Source: Marsupella aquatica (Eukaryota; Plantae; Marchantiophyta). Taken from it: a stretch of DNA of 64,000 nt. The notes beneath the pieces are model-generated. The model searched no databases and was not told where the DNA came from. It worked only from the letters and a program-made list of their open reading frames with translations. The position numbers were made by a program, and so were the translations under genes. Positions within the stretch are counted from its first letter, which is position 1. Every line of letters starts with the position of its first letter. This document shows, one piece after another, positions 26,681 through 40,180 of this stretch. The stretch spans positions 18,452,805 to 18,516,804 of the forward strand of contig OZ316894.1 in the NCBI GenBank assembly GCA_973895155.1. Reading direction: 5' to 3'.

Positions 26681-26720
26681 ACACGTGGCGATCGCCTTTT
26701 GTCCCGGGAAAGTGGATAAC
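26681..26720. promoter_or_regulatory. G-box (ACACGTGGC) with adjacent GGATAA (I-box/GATA-like) motif upstream of PSAN
   Basis: CACGTG at 26682-26687, ~280 bp upstream of the ATG. This pairing is typical of light-regulated photosynthesis genes. Function is not demonstrable from sequence. Confidence 0.55.
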
Positions 26721-26778
26721 TCTGATGATGTGATTCGCTGTGACAGAGGTGTCGGACGGGCCGGCGAATCGCGCCACA

Positions 26779-27037
26779 GGAAGGCACGCGGCAATTGGGC
26801 CGTGCCGATTGCTTTGGGCTCTTGTTCCGACAGCTGGCCACTTGAGTCCTGTGGCACCGTTGGATTTCATTATCTGAATATATGGTCGACTCAGATTGGT
26901 TCCCGCGCCAGAGGAAGGCACGCAGCAATTGGGTGCTACTGATTGCTCTCGGCTCCTGTTCCGACAGTTGCATCCTCGAGTTCTTGTGTGGCCGTTGGAT
27001 TGCATTATCTCAGTTTATGGTCGGGTCAGATTCGTTC
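26779..27037. repeat. Diverged ~130-bp tandem duplication in the PSAN upstream region
   Basis: ggaaggcacgc.gcaattggg...gattgct...tgttccgacag...ccgttggatt.cattatct...tatggtcg..tcagatt occurs at ~26779 and ~26913. Confidence 0.8.
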
Positions 27038-28170
27038 TCTTAGAGGATTAGGACCGTGACTAAAGTAAGTCAAGAACGTCCATTATAATCCAATTGGTGC
27101 TGAGAGGGGTCCAATTGTCACCGGTCTTCTCCTCCAAAGGCTTTTATTTATTTTTAGTTTTTCCAGTATTTTGTGAGGCAGTTGGAAAGACCAGTGACTC
27201 AAGGGCCTATGTATGAGGGGAAATATGTGGGACCTATCTAATATTTTATTTATAAATACTCACAATTTTTGGGAAAGCTATCAGATCTTTCGTGATCTTA
27301 ATGAAAGCCAAGAGATCTCCAAAGATCCGATGAATCAAACTGTAGCTTTTGGCAAAGTTGATTTCTTTACTCCCTCCTACTTCCCATGGCTTGCACTACT
27401 AAACTCAGTAATTGCACATCAAAATATATAACATATATGGTGTACAACAGCACTACATACCATGATAAACCTCATTGTTTTCCTTACATCAGTGAGTGCG
27501 AGTGCACACCCTTTGATCACATTTTGATGTGTGATTACCAGGCAGAAACTAAACTCGGGGGTTTCATTTTCACAAAAATGGCATATCACGTGCGACGAAG
27601 GATAGGGTCGATTTATTGGTTCTAAAGGAAAACTTAAGAATTTTTGCAGAAGAACAATAGAGTATTTTAAATTCAATTTTGAGACTTATAAGAATATTAG
27701 TGTCATTTTAATCTAATTTTTGGAATATTCCAAGAATATTCCAACTTTATAAGGGTTAAAAAATTAAAAAAAATTCTTGCATTTTAGAGGGTCCAAGGCC
27801 TAAAAATGTCACAGGTGATGGGAAGGTCCCCATATAGTGAGACCCCCGAGAAACTAAACCCATTGGAATTAGGTGGCAGTACATGAATCAACTGGGGGCT
27901 CTCTACTCATCATATCATACCTAGTACCATGATAAATGTTTCACCCATCCAGTGGGCAAGAGTGGTACTTACCTATGTCTATCCCCACCCACCATGTAAG
28001 TAGAGTGGTACTTACCCGCCTAGTAAGTTGCTGGAGAAGTTGCTAGAGAAGCATGTTGTGGCCTGTGAGTGCTTGAAGTTGTGTACATGAAGTTGCATTG
28101 GATGTTGAATCACAAAAATGTCAAAAAGTTAAAAACACTGGAAAACTCAAACTGGGATGGAGAAACAACT

Positions 28171-28233
28171 ATTTTTGGCAGAACTCCGGGCAGAACCCTT
28201 TTTGGCAGAACCCCGGGCAGAACCCTTTTTGGC
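28171..28233. repeat. Short 27-bp tandem repeat (tttttggcagaacYccgggcagaaccc)
   Basis: About 2.3 copies, direct read. Confidence 0.85.
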
Positions 28234-31200
28234 CACCATCGCAGGTCATTTACTTTGTTACTTAGAAGGGCGGTAATGGGAGAACTTAATGTAAAATTCA
28301 GAAAGTACATAACATCATCATTACTGGTCAAGAGCATACTCTACACTTAACTCTCCCCTATGTGCACACTCTCGGGAAGACGGATCCCCTGTGCACTTAA
28401 CCAGATTTTGCATTCAAATTTGCACTTCTTGATAAGGGCGCCCTTCTTGATAATTCCCCTTCTTGTGGCTTGTGGGATTGTGAATTTGTGAGTTTGGTGT
28501 CCAACTCCATAAGTGCATTTTTTACTCTACTAACAAAAGGTATGCACTTACCTGTACACACAATCTAATGGATTGTGGGCTTACTGCTAAGTACAATCCT
28601 TCCATAGCAGACTATAAATGCACTTATCAAGGGTTTTGGAAATTGTTGTTTAGCACTTAGAAAATGTGCAAAATAAGTGCAATCTCGGTGTAACATAAAA
28701 GGGAAATATGGTAAGCCTTGCATTAAACCAAATTTTTGATTTGTGATGGGCTTTGCGTTTAGAGAGAGCCTACTGGTCCGGAGAATAGAGGAAGGGAGTC
28801 AGGGTGAAAACTCTTTCTCACACAATGAGGCATATATAATGAAAAGAATAAGTAACTATTTGCATTAACGAGTTTCTTTGAAGCAATAAAAGTATACAAG
28901 AAAAGCACAATTGGAATAAAAAGTACACAGGACAAGCACAATTGGAATAAATCAATGGAGGAAAGAAAGCTTTAGACTAAAATTTGGGAAATTGTGTTTC
29001 AGGAGAGGCTAACCAAGATTTTGCTCCTTTTCATAAATTTTCATTGAATGTGCAAAACATTTTCTTTTAGACTCCATTTTGAATGTGCAAAAACATTACT
29101 CATTACGAGCAGCCAATGAAAGTCAAATTATTGATTGCAGCTCTGAATTCCCAGGTGATTGAATGATCTGTCGGACATGCGATTAGATAAGGATCATTAA
29201 TAAGTCCTACACATACAGTAACATCCGCTGATTTGGTTCTAGTCAAGCTCGCCACCTGGTCACATCCTATTTTTCGTGGTTGTCTAGTCGAGGGGATCAT
29301 TCCATCTGTTGCACAGAGAGTGCTCGTAAGCACATGCCTTTTGCCTACTTTTTGATTCGCTATTATCCACATCTATCCTGGTGGTGACCGATAGCATCCA
29401 CCTTTTCTGCTCCTCAGTCACAGCAGGCATGCCCTGTAATTCTATTCTTGCCTGGATACCGTGTGCCATCAACATATCTTAACCCGCTCAAACTCTCTGT
29501 AAACTTTTAAGTCATCTGTTTGCTTGTAAGTTTGATCCTTCATTCAGTCTGGTTCAACCTCCCATCGCACTCGATCTTCTGCTCTACTCCCTCTCCACAA
29601 CCATCGTCCTTTGGGTCATCAGTTCGAGGTAGTTGTTTCCGTGTGCGCTGCTCTGGAACAATTATCTGTGCTACCTTACTCAAAATTGTACCCTCGTAAA
29701 ATTGCAATTTCAAGACAGTTAGTCGTAGAAGTAGGTAGTCCGAAGCTAGTGCCTCTTGACACACAGGCAGACTATTAGATCACTACTGATTACATTATTG
29801 CAGCTGTCAGTTAGTATCGTTTGAAGTTTACAGTATAATTTAATTGTCTCCAGGGGATCATGCTGTTAAGTGTAGGTCTCAAAAAGCCTAGAATGAGTCG
29901 ATTAAATATCAGAGCGCACAAACCAGCTAATTAAATAAGAACTGACTTGACAGGAAAATTAAACTTTTACTTTGGTAAAATATTGTAATGAAAGAAAGCT
30001 TCCACTTTAGTCAACCTCCTATTTTACTTTATTTTCTCGTTGGTTCAACAAAGAATTCTGAACATGAGTTCAAATCATATGTTTTATTCTGCAATATGCA
30101 GGTGTCACCCACTCGATAATGTCTCTGTTATAAAAAAATGATTTTCATAGTATACAGGAGCAATATAGCGTTCAGCGGTGGGCTTACCTTGAAGAAGCCT
30201 GTGAGTCCCCAAATTCCAGAATTATAGAATACTCCTAACCTCCGGCTAGCACATAGTAAGGCAAATGGTGCATAGTTGATTCACATATCATTGCCTTCTG
30301 CAGTTGCAAGGAAATACCTTCGCCGGCCAATGCATACATGGCGTTCATGCGATATGTCCAGCTTAGAAGCCATTTCAGCACCTTTATAGCTGACTCAGCA
30401 CTGTCTGTTTACTGGGCATGGAGAACTTTTAGAGACATTTTTGGATAGTCTCTGCCAGGTAAGGGCACGAAAGACCACTTAAATTTGGGGAGAGTATAGA
30501 TCCGAAATGAATCAGAAGAATCGATTTTAGCATGGAGCGCCTCGGATACTGGAGATAGGGGACTTCCAGACTCTTCAAGGTAAGGGCACGGTCGACTACT
30601 TATTTGTCAGTGCTACATCGTGGGTTTTTATCAGTCAACATATCTTATAATGAATGATCAGAGATTGTTTCAACTGTTCTCCTCATGCCTAGTGCACTTA
30701 AATGTCACTTTTCGGCTGTAAATAAAGCATCCTATTTTAAAGATTCTTTCCAGTGGCATTTATGGGCATTTTAGATTCGATCGACATTTGAAGTTTTGGA
30801 CTTCAAAATTTTTCTGTAGAAAACTCTTTCAGATCTTAAAAGAGGATTCATGTAAATAATTAAGTTCATTTCAAGCTACAGACCCAGTCAAAATTTTCCG
30901 AATTGAAATGAACAAATTATAACATTCCCTCCAATATTCTCGAGGAAATGCCTTCAGCCATTCTGAACAAAACTTCCACTTACCTGGTAAAGACAATTAC
31001 AGCACCTTAATTGGTCTAGGATGGTCGCCTCCTACTTGACGTCTGCAGCCCACTTGACCGTTCGCAGAGCGGATTGAGTAAGTGATAAGCTTACACTCTA
31101 CCTGCAGAAATTTTCAGAGCACAATATCATGGTAAACATTTGACCGCAACAATTCATGGGAACACCTGTGACCTCCACTAAAGTACACTAGAGAATATGA

Positions 31201-32546
31201 GCTACACACGGACTTGAATACCAACCACCGCAGGCATTTAACCTGCCTGGGTCCTTCTGGCAAAAATATATATTTCAGTTAGACCTCGGTCACAAGTTAT
31301 GTGTATCTATCGCCCGGCTAGAATCAAGCGTCTGTCTCAGTGACAGGGACCCGAACCAATGTGAGGACCAATTCAAAGAGTCACAATTCAAGACGAAGCA
31401 ATCGACGGCAAGTTTTGGAAGTGACTGTTAAAGACTTAAGTGAACGTAGCTGAAAGGTCGGCAAAGCAAATGATTGTGAGTACCTGCGATTTGAGATTCC
31501 CTTGAAACTGACCCAATGGGTTCGAAAGAAGTAGTAAGTGTCTCAGGGTAATCCTGTGTCATTGCTTCACTGCTCTTACATACTTTTTTTGCCTTGAAAA
31601 CCGAAAGCAGGCCCATCCAACAGAGGATAGACGTCCTGCTTTGGAGCATGCATTTCTATGTAGGGCAGCCACAAGGAGACAATACCCAAGGATCCGACAG
31701 GGACCCAGACCAGGAGGGAGAGAGGATTAAACCAGAACCCAAAGTGGACAACCAGGGTTGAGGAGATAATCAATGCTCTTACATACTTGAAGCTGGAAAT
31801 TTCTCATATCTACACATGCATGCACTTTTTCCAGACGTACAACTTGCGGTTGATTGACAGCGTAGATGAAAACCACATATATAGATAAACTTGTCTTAAA
31901 CTTCGGCTCGCGTGTAAAAGAGAAAAGATTGTTGATATATCCGAAGAGGAAATTTTGCGACAGTGATTTTCGGAAACTACTTTCTTGGTAGTATTCTCAA
32001 ATATCCAGCGAGCACACTAGTGGTGAACGACTTTAATAGAGATGTAATGCGACTATTTTCATGACCAATCAAGGAAACGGTTCAGTCAGAGTACTTATAT
32101 ATCTAGAGTTCAAGGTTACTGTATCGGTATGATAACTTAAAGGTGGGCCAACCGAAGTTACGTGAAGATCTACAAGGTATTGGAGCTGCCATAGCCACAG
32201 ATTATGTTAGGTACTGCTGCTGACCGTAGGTGTAAGGATGTCAGGCGACTAACCGCTCACTAGATCAAGCTTTGATTTAGAATAACTACTGAGATTGCAC
32301 ACCCCATCTATGACTGTACTAAGTACATCCATTCTACTTATTCAGATGTACTACTCAGGTCCTGCTGATCATGTTAGCATCCCCTTCGCATTACATTTTG
32401 AAACTGGTATATATTGTAGAAGTGAAGGAAGATGCACGAGCTTACCAGCACAAGGGGATATCTGTGACATAAAAACCGAATGGTTGACAGTATGTGAAAA
32501 AGGGATCCCGAGTACCTGTGTTTTGAAATGTATATATAGGCTGTAA

Positions 32547-32672
32547 CTATTCACGTGCTTCGTGTCCTCTTCTCAACGCCTCGCTCCACGCAGCACGTGA
32601 ATAGCTTGTTCTGCTAAACGCGTGCTACGATTCTTTTGAAGTTCGTGCTCGTACACGAACTTCAAAAGAATC
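32547..32672. other. Two adjacent strong stem-loops downstream of a TATATATA tract
   Basis: Hairpin 1: 32547-32564 pairs with 32587-32604 (18 bp, 1 mismatch). Hairpin 2: 32629-32647 pairs with 32654-32672 (19 bp perfect, 6-nt loop). Confidence 0.85.
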
Positions 32673-35097
32673 TTCCTCATGGCCGGGCGGACAGTAATCA
32701 ACGTACAACTTTGCGCTGATTTCAGAAAGAGCCAACCTAAGTGTTTCTGCTGCCACGGCATTCGATTGTTCGAGAAATATTAGCACTGGTGTCATTAAAA
32801 ATCACATCAACCACTTTTCAGCTATTATTATCACACTAATTAGGCGAACTCTATTGGACTAGTGTCATTCCAAAGCGTCTGGTTCTATCCCAGTTACCCA
32901 TACGCAGCAGATCAACTTTATGGACTTAGATTTAGCAGGTCCTCTAAGAACTCTCCTCGAATCTTGTCAATAAGATCTAGAGATTAGAGTAGCACAGTCA
33001 CCGAAAGATCAGCTGTTTTACAGTTAACAGACGACCAGAAATATCCTCGACCTGGCTGTTCATTGCACCCAAAACTATACCTGATATATTGCAGGCACTT
33101 CAGCTTGTGAACGAGTGTTAGGCAACGACCAATTAATATCGCTGAAGCCTAGATGCAAAGTTCACAGCTGCTAACTAATGATGATTACCCAGTTACAATC
33201 TCGAGGTGAACTCGGCCAATAAAGCTAGCTAGCAAATCTTTCCCTTAAGATTATCTGATGTGCACTGTACGTAGCCAGTCCAGGCTTCGCCTCACCGTGA
33301 TTGGTAAATATAGACTCCTAATATGTACGTACACTCCACAGAACAGTCTCAAACCAGTCCATAAACAGTTTCAAGTTCACTTGGTAAAAACCAGTCCATA
33401 AACGCACGAAAGCCTCGGAGGGACACGATATTTGCTCACAGATCTGACTCACAACGGCGTCAGATTAGGCAGCTTAAGACGACACAGTACACTGACATTT
33501 GACTGCAGATCGGACTACCAATGACAGCAGAAGATCATAGAATTTGCTCAACGTTAGTGAGTTCCAATACAAGTAACCTTACTACTACAGCCATTAATAA
33601 GGTGACACGTAAACCCACAAATGCCCACAAATCATATGCCTGAGGACGAATTATGGATCCATTGGCATACAGGCCCTAGTACAGGCGACCCTAAATTAGC
33701 ATCTGTAGGTTTTTGATGTGTCTCCGATGCCGTCGATGCTTTGATATTGTAGAGACTACGAACAATTGCCGCCAAGTTCTGACTAGCAGCTCGGTCCATA
33801 TATAGAGCTGTTTCTCACAACGTAATATTTAGAAAGGTCCTGCTGTAAGCTCTGACTAGCTGTATCCAGTGAGGTCAGTACAGCGTGTAGGTTCTGAACT
33901 ACAACCTTGGGTAGTCAAGATGTGAATTAGACGTACTTACAGCATTGATCGTTCTTCTCGCATTGAGCTAGATTGGAGAAACCGGCGAGAAGCTAGATTA
34001 CTTTTGACCTTTGGGGTCCGATCGATCCTGTAGCACCTTCGGCTGGCCGGCACTCGGCGCGTGTCGACCATATTTCACGGTTTTCTCAGCTGCAGAAACG
34101 GAGGAAATACTCACGTTTCTGCATCAAAACGCGGATATCTCTGTTGACAACCTACGACGTACCTCTGACCAAGATCTAACACGGTCACAGCCGATCTTAC
34201 ACACATTTGTTCGGCTGTGGCCGTTGAATCGTGGCGATTACCTGTTCACCATCAATAGGTCTCTGCACAAGTACCACCTGTAAATCGTTGCAGGACGGAC
34301 GATTGGTCACGTCAGTCGACACTGCTTAATACAGAGAAAAAGCAGCTAGTCCTCTGAAGCGGAACTAACTCTGGCCTATGCCATATGTATTTCCCAACAG
34401 AAGCGGCCTGTGGCAATCTCCAGCGAACTTATGTTAGCTAAAAGCTGCAGTTCGACGCACGTTCAAGTGAACGACCGTGCGTGATACAGGTGCTTGTGGG
34501 GTTGCCAGTACGGTGCAAAACACGAGCCTACACAGAGAATGTCCTGCATAGCCAAACAGTGCAGAGCCAACAGTGAAGTTACAGCGGCAGCGATCTGAAC
34601 TGAACCTCCAGAGTCCAGAGAGAGGCGACTACTCGTAACGAGCTCACCACGATTCCTCCAAGAACAAAGTTACAGCGGAAAATCAGGGAGTCTTTGTGTG
34701 AACACGAAGCAAACCCTCTTCACTCCACGGCATGGCAATGATGCGCTATGAACATTGTGGAACCGGTAGACGAGCATGCTTCTCACCTGAACAGCTGATG
34801 TGACTCGCAGTGAGCGAAGAGTGTCTATTAAATAGGATTGGTTGCCGTTACCAGGCCCACGGGGTCTAGCTAGAGAGGATGCGAAGAGTTTGCAATCCTT
34901 GTACATGATTGATAGTTTTGAGGCTAGAGAGATTACTAGATTAGCCTTTGGTCGGCGCTGGCGATTACTGTCTTCTCGTCCTTTTCCTGGCCCTAAAACC
35001 AACACCTGGCCCTAGAACAAAGAGCCTCGGCCCCTTTTTCTGGCCCTACAACTACCACCTGGCCCTAGACAGGATAGCCTCTCTTCTAGAAAGAATG

Positions 35098-35608
35098 GAG
35101 AATGTCACTGACTCCTCTCTAGTGTAACAATTAGAGGACTAAAATTAATTAGTGAATGTCCGACTCCTTCTCTAGTGTAACCCTTGAGGACTGAAATCTA
35201 ATAGTGAATGCCTGACTCCTCTCTAGTGTAAACCCAGTGGTTTTTTTTTGGGCTAATTTTTGCTGGATTCCACTTCTGAAAAAAGTTTTCCCACTTTTTT
35301 TGCAGAAAATTGCTAGTTTTTTTATAGCCCATTTGCCAGTTTCCCACGTAGTCACAAGCCCCAATAGCCAGAATCTAATGGCTCTCCTTAGATCTAAAGA
35401 TATCTAACTCTTCAAAAAGTAATTATTTTGGGTTCAGATAAATAATATTCCTAAAATCTTCTCTTTCACACACCTAGATTTGCCACTCTGGCTAATAAAG
35501 AAAAACCTTATTTAAGGATTACAGTGGTGTAACCCTTGAGGACTAAAACTTATAATTATAGTGAATGCCTGACTCCTTTCTACTGTAACCCTTGGGGACT
35601 AAACTTGG
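35098..35608. repeat. ~50-bp repeat (gtgaatgcctgactcctYtctagtgtaacccttgaggactaaa) in two clusters, 4-5 copies
   Basis: Copies at ~35098, 35152, 35203, a partial at ~35527, and 35561. Confidence 0.8.
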
Positions 35609-37315
35609 GATAAGCCATCGAACACTCTTCACAGAATGCCCCACATGCCCAAATGAAACACTTGAAAATAGGGTGATCCAAGAGTCCTACAGACCTCGAA
35701 AGCAATGGGCAAAAGAGATCCTTGGGAGAACTAGCAGCATATGTCATCTCCTTGAGCTGAGCTGCTCTGGTGGCAACATGGCCCTATCCATGGCCAGTAA
35801 CAGCAAAAGTGATATTTAAAGTACTAAATTCAAGAGAACTGAACTTTAGAGATTTAGCTTCTAGATTTGTTCTTTATAGAAGAGCCACCTGTCCAGGCCT
35901 GCTCAGAGTCGGGATTTTTCTATCAATTTTCAAGTTTTGATTTACTCTACGGCCTTCCTTAATGTTTTCATCCATGTAAAATTGGATGTAAACCCCCTTA
36001 TGACTTTCTACTTGATTTCTTATACTCGTTTTAAGTAACCCTTCTAATAAATTCAGAACTATTTCCTCTCCATTTTATTCCCAGTTTGAAATTGACATAA
36101 GAGGAGCACAGAAATCCCTCTCAATAAAAGATAGATTATCAGAGTTTGAAATTGTCACAAGTGGAACACACACCCCCCTCCCTCCCCCGAAATGAGATCA
36201 CACTAGCTATGCTAGCAGTGATCTGAATCCTCCAACTTTTGACTCCCAATGAGCATGCAAAGTAATGTGATACTCTGAAAGCTTCTGTGAGAATTGTAGG
36301 GCTTTACTTATTTTGCAGTTGTTGGGGGCTCTTGACATTTTTGGCTCTTTAGTCAGCTTGGATGTTTTCCCTAGTTTTTCTCCTCTGCTTTCTGTCTCCT
36401 GCCATGTGGATCTTGTCTCCCGCTTAGGAGCTTTTTGTTCTTTGGTAGTCCTATACAAAGATGTGTTTGATTGCCTGTTATTCCTCAGTTGTTGGCATTA
36501 ATGGTGGCTAGCCCAGATGCGCATGCATAAGTAGGGTTCCCCTTACTCACTTACCCATCCTCCCAGGCCAGTCCTTATTCGCAAGAGTACTGTAAATATC
36601 AGATCTGCTCTAAAAAAAAGTGAAATCACAACCTATGGCATTATTTAGACTGTAGGCCATGAACTGTAAACTTTGATGTGGGTTAGTAAATAACTAAGGG
36701 ACTACTTCCAGGATAAATAAAGCTAGTCTTTCACTTGATCATTTTTTAATACATCCAATTACAATGTCTTATCACCCCTGGGTGTACTTTGTTGTTTTAT
36801 TAGCTAATACAGATAGGAAAATACTCAATAACCAGATTACAAACTGCAAAGAATCAAAAGGCACCCACCTGAAAGACATGATTCCACAGGCAAATTAGTT
36901 TGAGGACCCCTTGGTTATGTAAGCTTGTTTTTATTGAACTATTTGGAGCCAGGAAAAGTTGCACATTGGAATAGAAGGATGAATTACAGGACAAAGGCTA
37001 AATGGAGGATTCTAAATGAAGCTAATTTAAAGGTATTCAGGACAATTTCATTAATTAAAGACAAATAATAGTACATTCATGGTAATGCCAAGGCTAATTC
37101 TCCGTACAAAGTGTTTCCCTTAGTACCTCTATGTCAGTATAGTAACATGTAACATTCCATATAGTTCAAGCAAAATATTATTTTGTCCATAGTAGTTGAA
37201 AGGTCTTAGACTCCTTTGGTTTCCTCTACCCATAGTATAACTTATGGTGTTTATTATCTTTGCTTGTTATTCCTCTATCCATAGTAGCCAGACTAAGTAA
37301 GTGTTTCTTAAGTAC

Positions 37316-37435
37316 GTTACCTTGGTGAATGTTATAGAAGTTGAAAAGTTTCTTCGTTTTCTTATGTTACCTTGGTGAATGTTATAGAAGTTGAAAAGTT
37401 TCGTTGTTTTCTTATGTTACCTTGGTAAATGTTAC
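37316..37435. repeat. ~50-bp tandem repeat, ~2.4 copies
   Basis: gttaccttggtgaatgttatagaagttgaaaagtttc...ttttcttat is repeated. Confidence 0.9.
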
Positions 37436-38394
37436 AGTAATGGAAGAGTTTCTTTCTACTTGTCATTATTTCAAAAATGTGTGTAAATTAAATAGAAAAT
37501 TGAGAAAGATTTCCTGGAAACACTGATATATCAATCACAACTCATATAAAGATTATTTTCTTTCACCCCAGCCTATCTTACCTGTTTCTTTGTTTACTTG
37601 AAATGTTATTTTTTAGTTTTTTATTGTTTTTACAATTACAATGTCAAACTATTTTTCTTTGCCCTGCCACAAACATGAATAGTCAAATTTGGTTCTTCTT
37701 GCACAACTAACAGTTTTTGTTTGTGACAAATCATACTAATGTGGTTGCACGTGCATCCAAAAAATTTGGGGAAGATGGCCAGAGTGACCAAGGGATGAGA
37801 GTACCATTAATAAAACAACCACATTAAGACAACCATGTTCAAAGGATCTAAAGTACCTATTGGCAAACTGAAGTGCCCAGTAGCTCCCAGATGAACTACA
37901 TAGGAGGGTATAGCAAAAGAATCTATGACTCCCTAAAGCTAATAGCATCACCCTTATCAAGACTAGTGAATGCCTTAGTGCCTGAGTCCTCTGAAGGCTA
38001 CCTACAGAAGTGCTACATACACTTCCATGATGACATATGCTCATTAAGCTAGAATAGTTGTAGCTCTAATTAAATTACTGTGCTGAGTGCTGAGGTCTTG
38101 TGAAGTGGGTCATACCGAATCTTTCTCAAATTCATCACAGGTGCATAATCATCACAGGTGTGCGGATCGGTTTCCTCTGCTCTCCTCGTACCCCCGAAAT
38201 TGGATCTCGTCGAAAGTCGGGAAATTCACCTTTCCTTGACTCACGCTGTCTCCTCTGCGCTCCTCTCCTCTTCTATCGACCTGAATCTCGTGGAAAGTTA
38301 GGAGCTTTGCCAATCCTGATTCGCGCTATCAGGCATACAGCACTAGGAGCAGGAGACGACCGGAAAACGGAAAAGAGGCAGGAACAAGCAAGCT

Positions 38395-40180
38395 ATGGAC
38401 GACAAGGGAGGCATCCAGTTATTGCTGGGAGCAGAGCAAGACGCCCAGCATATCGTTGGCGATGCACGCGCTGGTGAGTGAAAGCAGCTCTCGGCTGTCT
38501 CTTTATCGATGGGCTGATCGTGTGATCTGTTAGTCTTCGAATTGGTCCTAGCCCTAGTTCTCTGATTGGATTTGACCTCTGGAGTCTTGGTAGAAGCTTG
38601 GCGGTGGGCGTTCGTGTTTAGGGTTTAGATGTGGTGTGGGAGATACGCGTTTTAAGATTGCATAGGCATTTTTTGCTGTAGCGTCAGGCAGCTGCGAAGA
38701 TGTGCACATTTCTTTCGGGGGTACTCCCCTCATATCCCCGGCTCCCTTCTTCCTCTTTGCCCCTAAAGATTTGGTGTGATAGAGTGACATTGCGGTGTGG
38801 CCGACCATAGGTCCAGCTGATTGTTTCTCTCGTTGTTTGGTCTTGGAAGATGGTTTGCTCTGCTTCAGTTTTTGCCCTTCGAGTTTCAGTCGAGCCAGCT
38901 TTGCTCTAAATTTATCTCGTTGCACGGTTTCCTGCGGGGTTCTTGTGATGTAGATCAAATGAGAGGTTGGCTTCAAAATGTAGTTGCGATTCCTAAACAT
39001 CTGGGTTTTCAAATTCCCTTCTTCTCTGGATGGGAAGTGCGCATGGACTAATAGTAAGATCCTTTCTTGAGCTCTTGCACTAAGCTACTTGATTTTTCCA
39101 GCCAAGACCCAAAGATTGCGACAAGCTAAAGATGAAGCAGACCGGGAGATAGCAGCTTACCGCAGTCAGCGAAATGCCGACTTCCAGAAGAAGCAAGAAC
39201 TGGTAAGATTTAGCTTCTGTAAATCGACTCGAGGCCTTTCATCGAAATTTCAAAATGTGCTGATTAAGTTGTAGTCCACATAAAGATAAAGGGGCTAAAA
39301 AGCTGTAAGAATAATTCTTAGTTCTTCATTTGTCCGCTTCCTTTCTCGGAATTCGGACAGAAGGTGCCCAGGCAATCTAGTTTTTATAGGCAAGATTGGA
39401 GCTGTCCAGCTGAATTGTTTGACAACTTGCTTCCAATTAGACCATTGAAATTGCATTACGACGGGGTCTTGTGTTCCCATATTGTGCTTTCCATATCTAA
39501 TTGCGACGAGACTGTCAGAGATGGTCACGTTAGCGCACTACACTGCCATGGAGAGCTTGACAACTGAGCATTAAATTGGGGACACTATTAAACAGTGCAA
39601 TGTAACGCCATGCGATTCTATTAATAGTAGAATAATCACTTTCTTGCAAGGAGTCTGGAGGATATGCGATTGTTTGAGGTTGAGAGGTGTTGATATTCTT
39701 GTGCATACTCTTTCACTTGGGGCCGTTCTGTTTGTTGATCTGCAAGCTAAATGGCGTGCTTTTTCTTCTGTGCAGTCAAGTGGAAGCGTCGACTCAACAG
39801 TGAGGCGACTTGAAGAGGATACTGACAATAAGATCCAATCTCTCAAAGACGAGGCCAAGAAAGTCAGCAATAATGTAAGTATATTCGATCACATCGTATT
39901 GCCTAGGGCCCAGGTTTAGCACAGTTGCGGCTGTGTTTTGTGTGCTGGAGTATGGAGCCGTCGATAGAAGTTGAGAGAAACCATACACCTTTTTGGGATC
40001 GGATTGGTAGAGCTGCTGAAGTTAGTAAGCTTCACCGAGCACGATACTGAAGTTTTATGACGTTTCTTTCCGCTTGTTTTAGTAGAATTCGTAAATTCCC
40101 GCTTGACTTGTTTGAATTGTGACACCTTTTTGCAGGTTGCAAATTTTCTGCTGAACTACGTGACCACAGTGTCAATCTAA
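38395..40180 (+). CDS. VHA-G: Vacuolar H+-ATPase subunit G, 107 aa; exons 38395-38473, 39102-39202, 39776-39874, 40136-40180
   Basis: MDDKGGIQLLLGAEQDAQHIVGDARA|AKTQRLRQAKDEADREIAAYRSQRNADFQKKQEL|SSGSVDSTVRRLEEDTDNKIQSLKDEAKKVSNN|VANFLLNYVTTVSI*. GIQ.LL.AE and RL.QAK.EA..EI signatures present. All introns are GT-AG and in phase. Confidence 0.96.

Noticed and set aside
30300-30590. Exon-like segments ending in repeated AG|GTAAGGGCACG donors
   Set aside because: No open frame or recognisable product; could be non-coding exons, but this cannot be supported from sequence alone.
33270-33300. gtccaggcttcgcctc resembles part of miR166
   Set aside because: Too many mismatches and no star-strand foldback visible.
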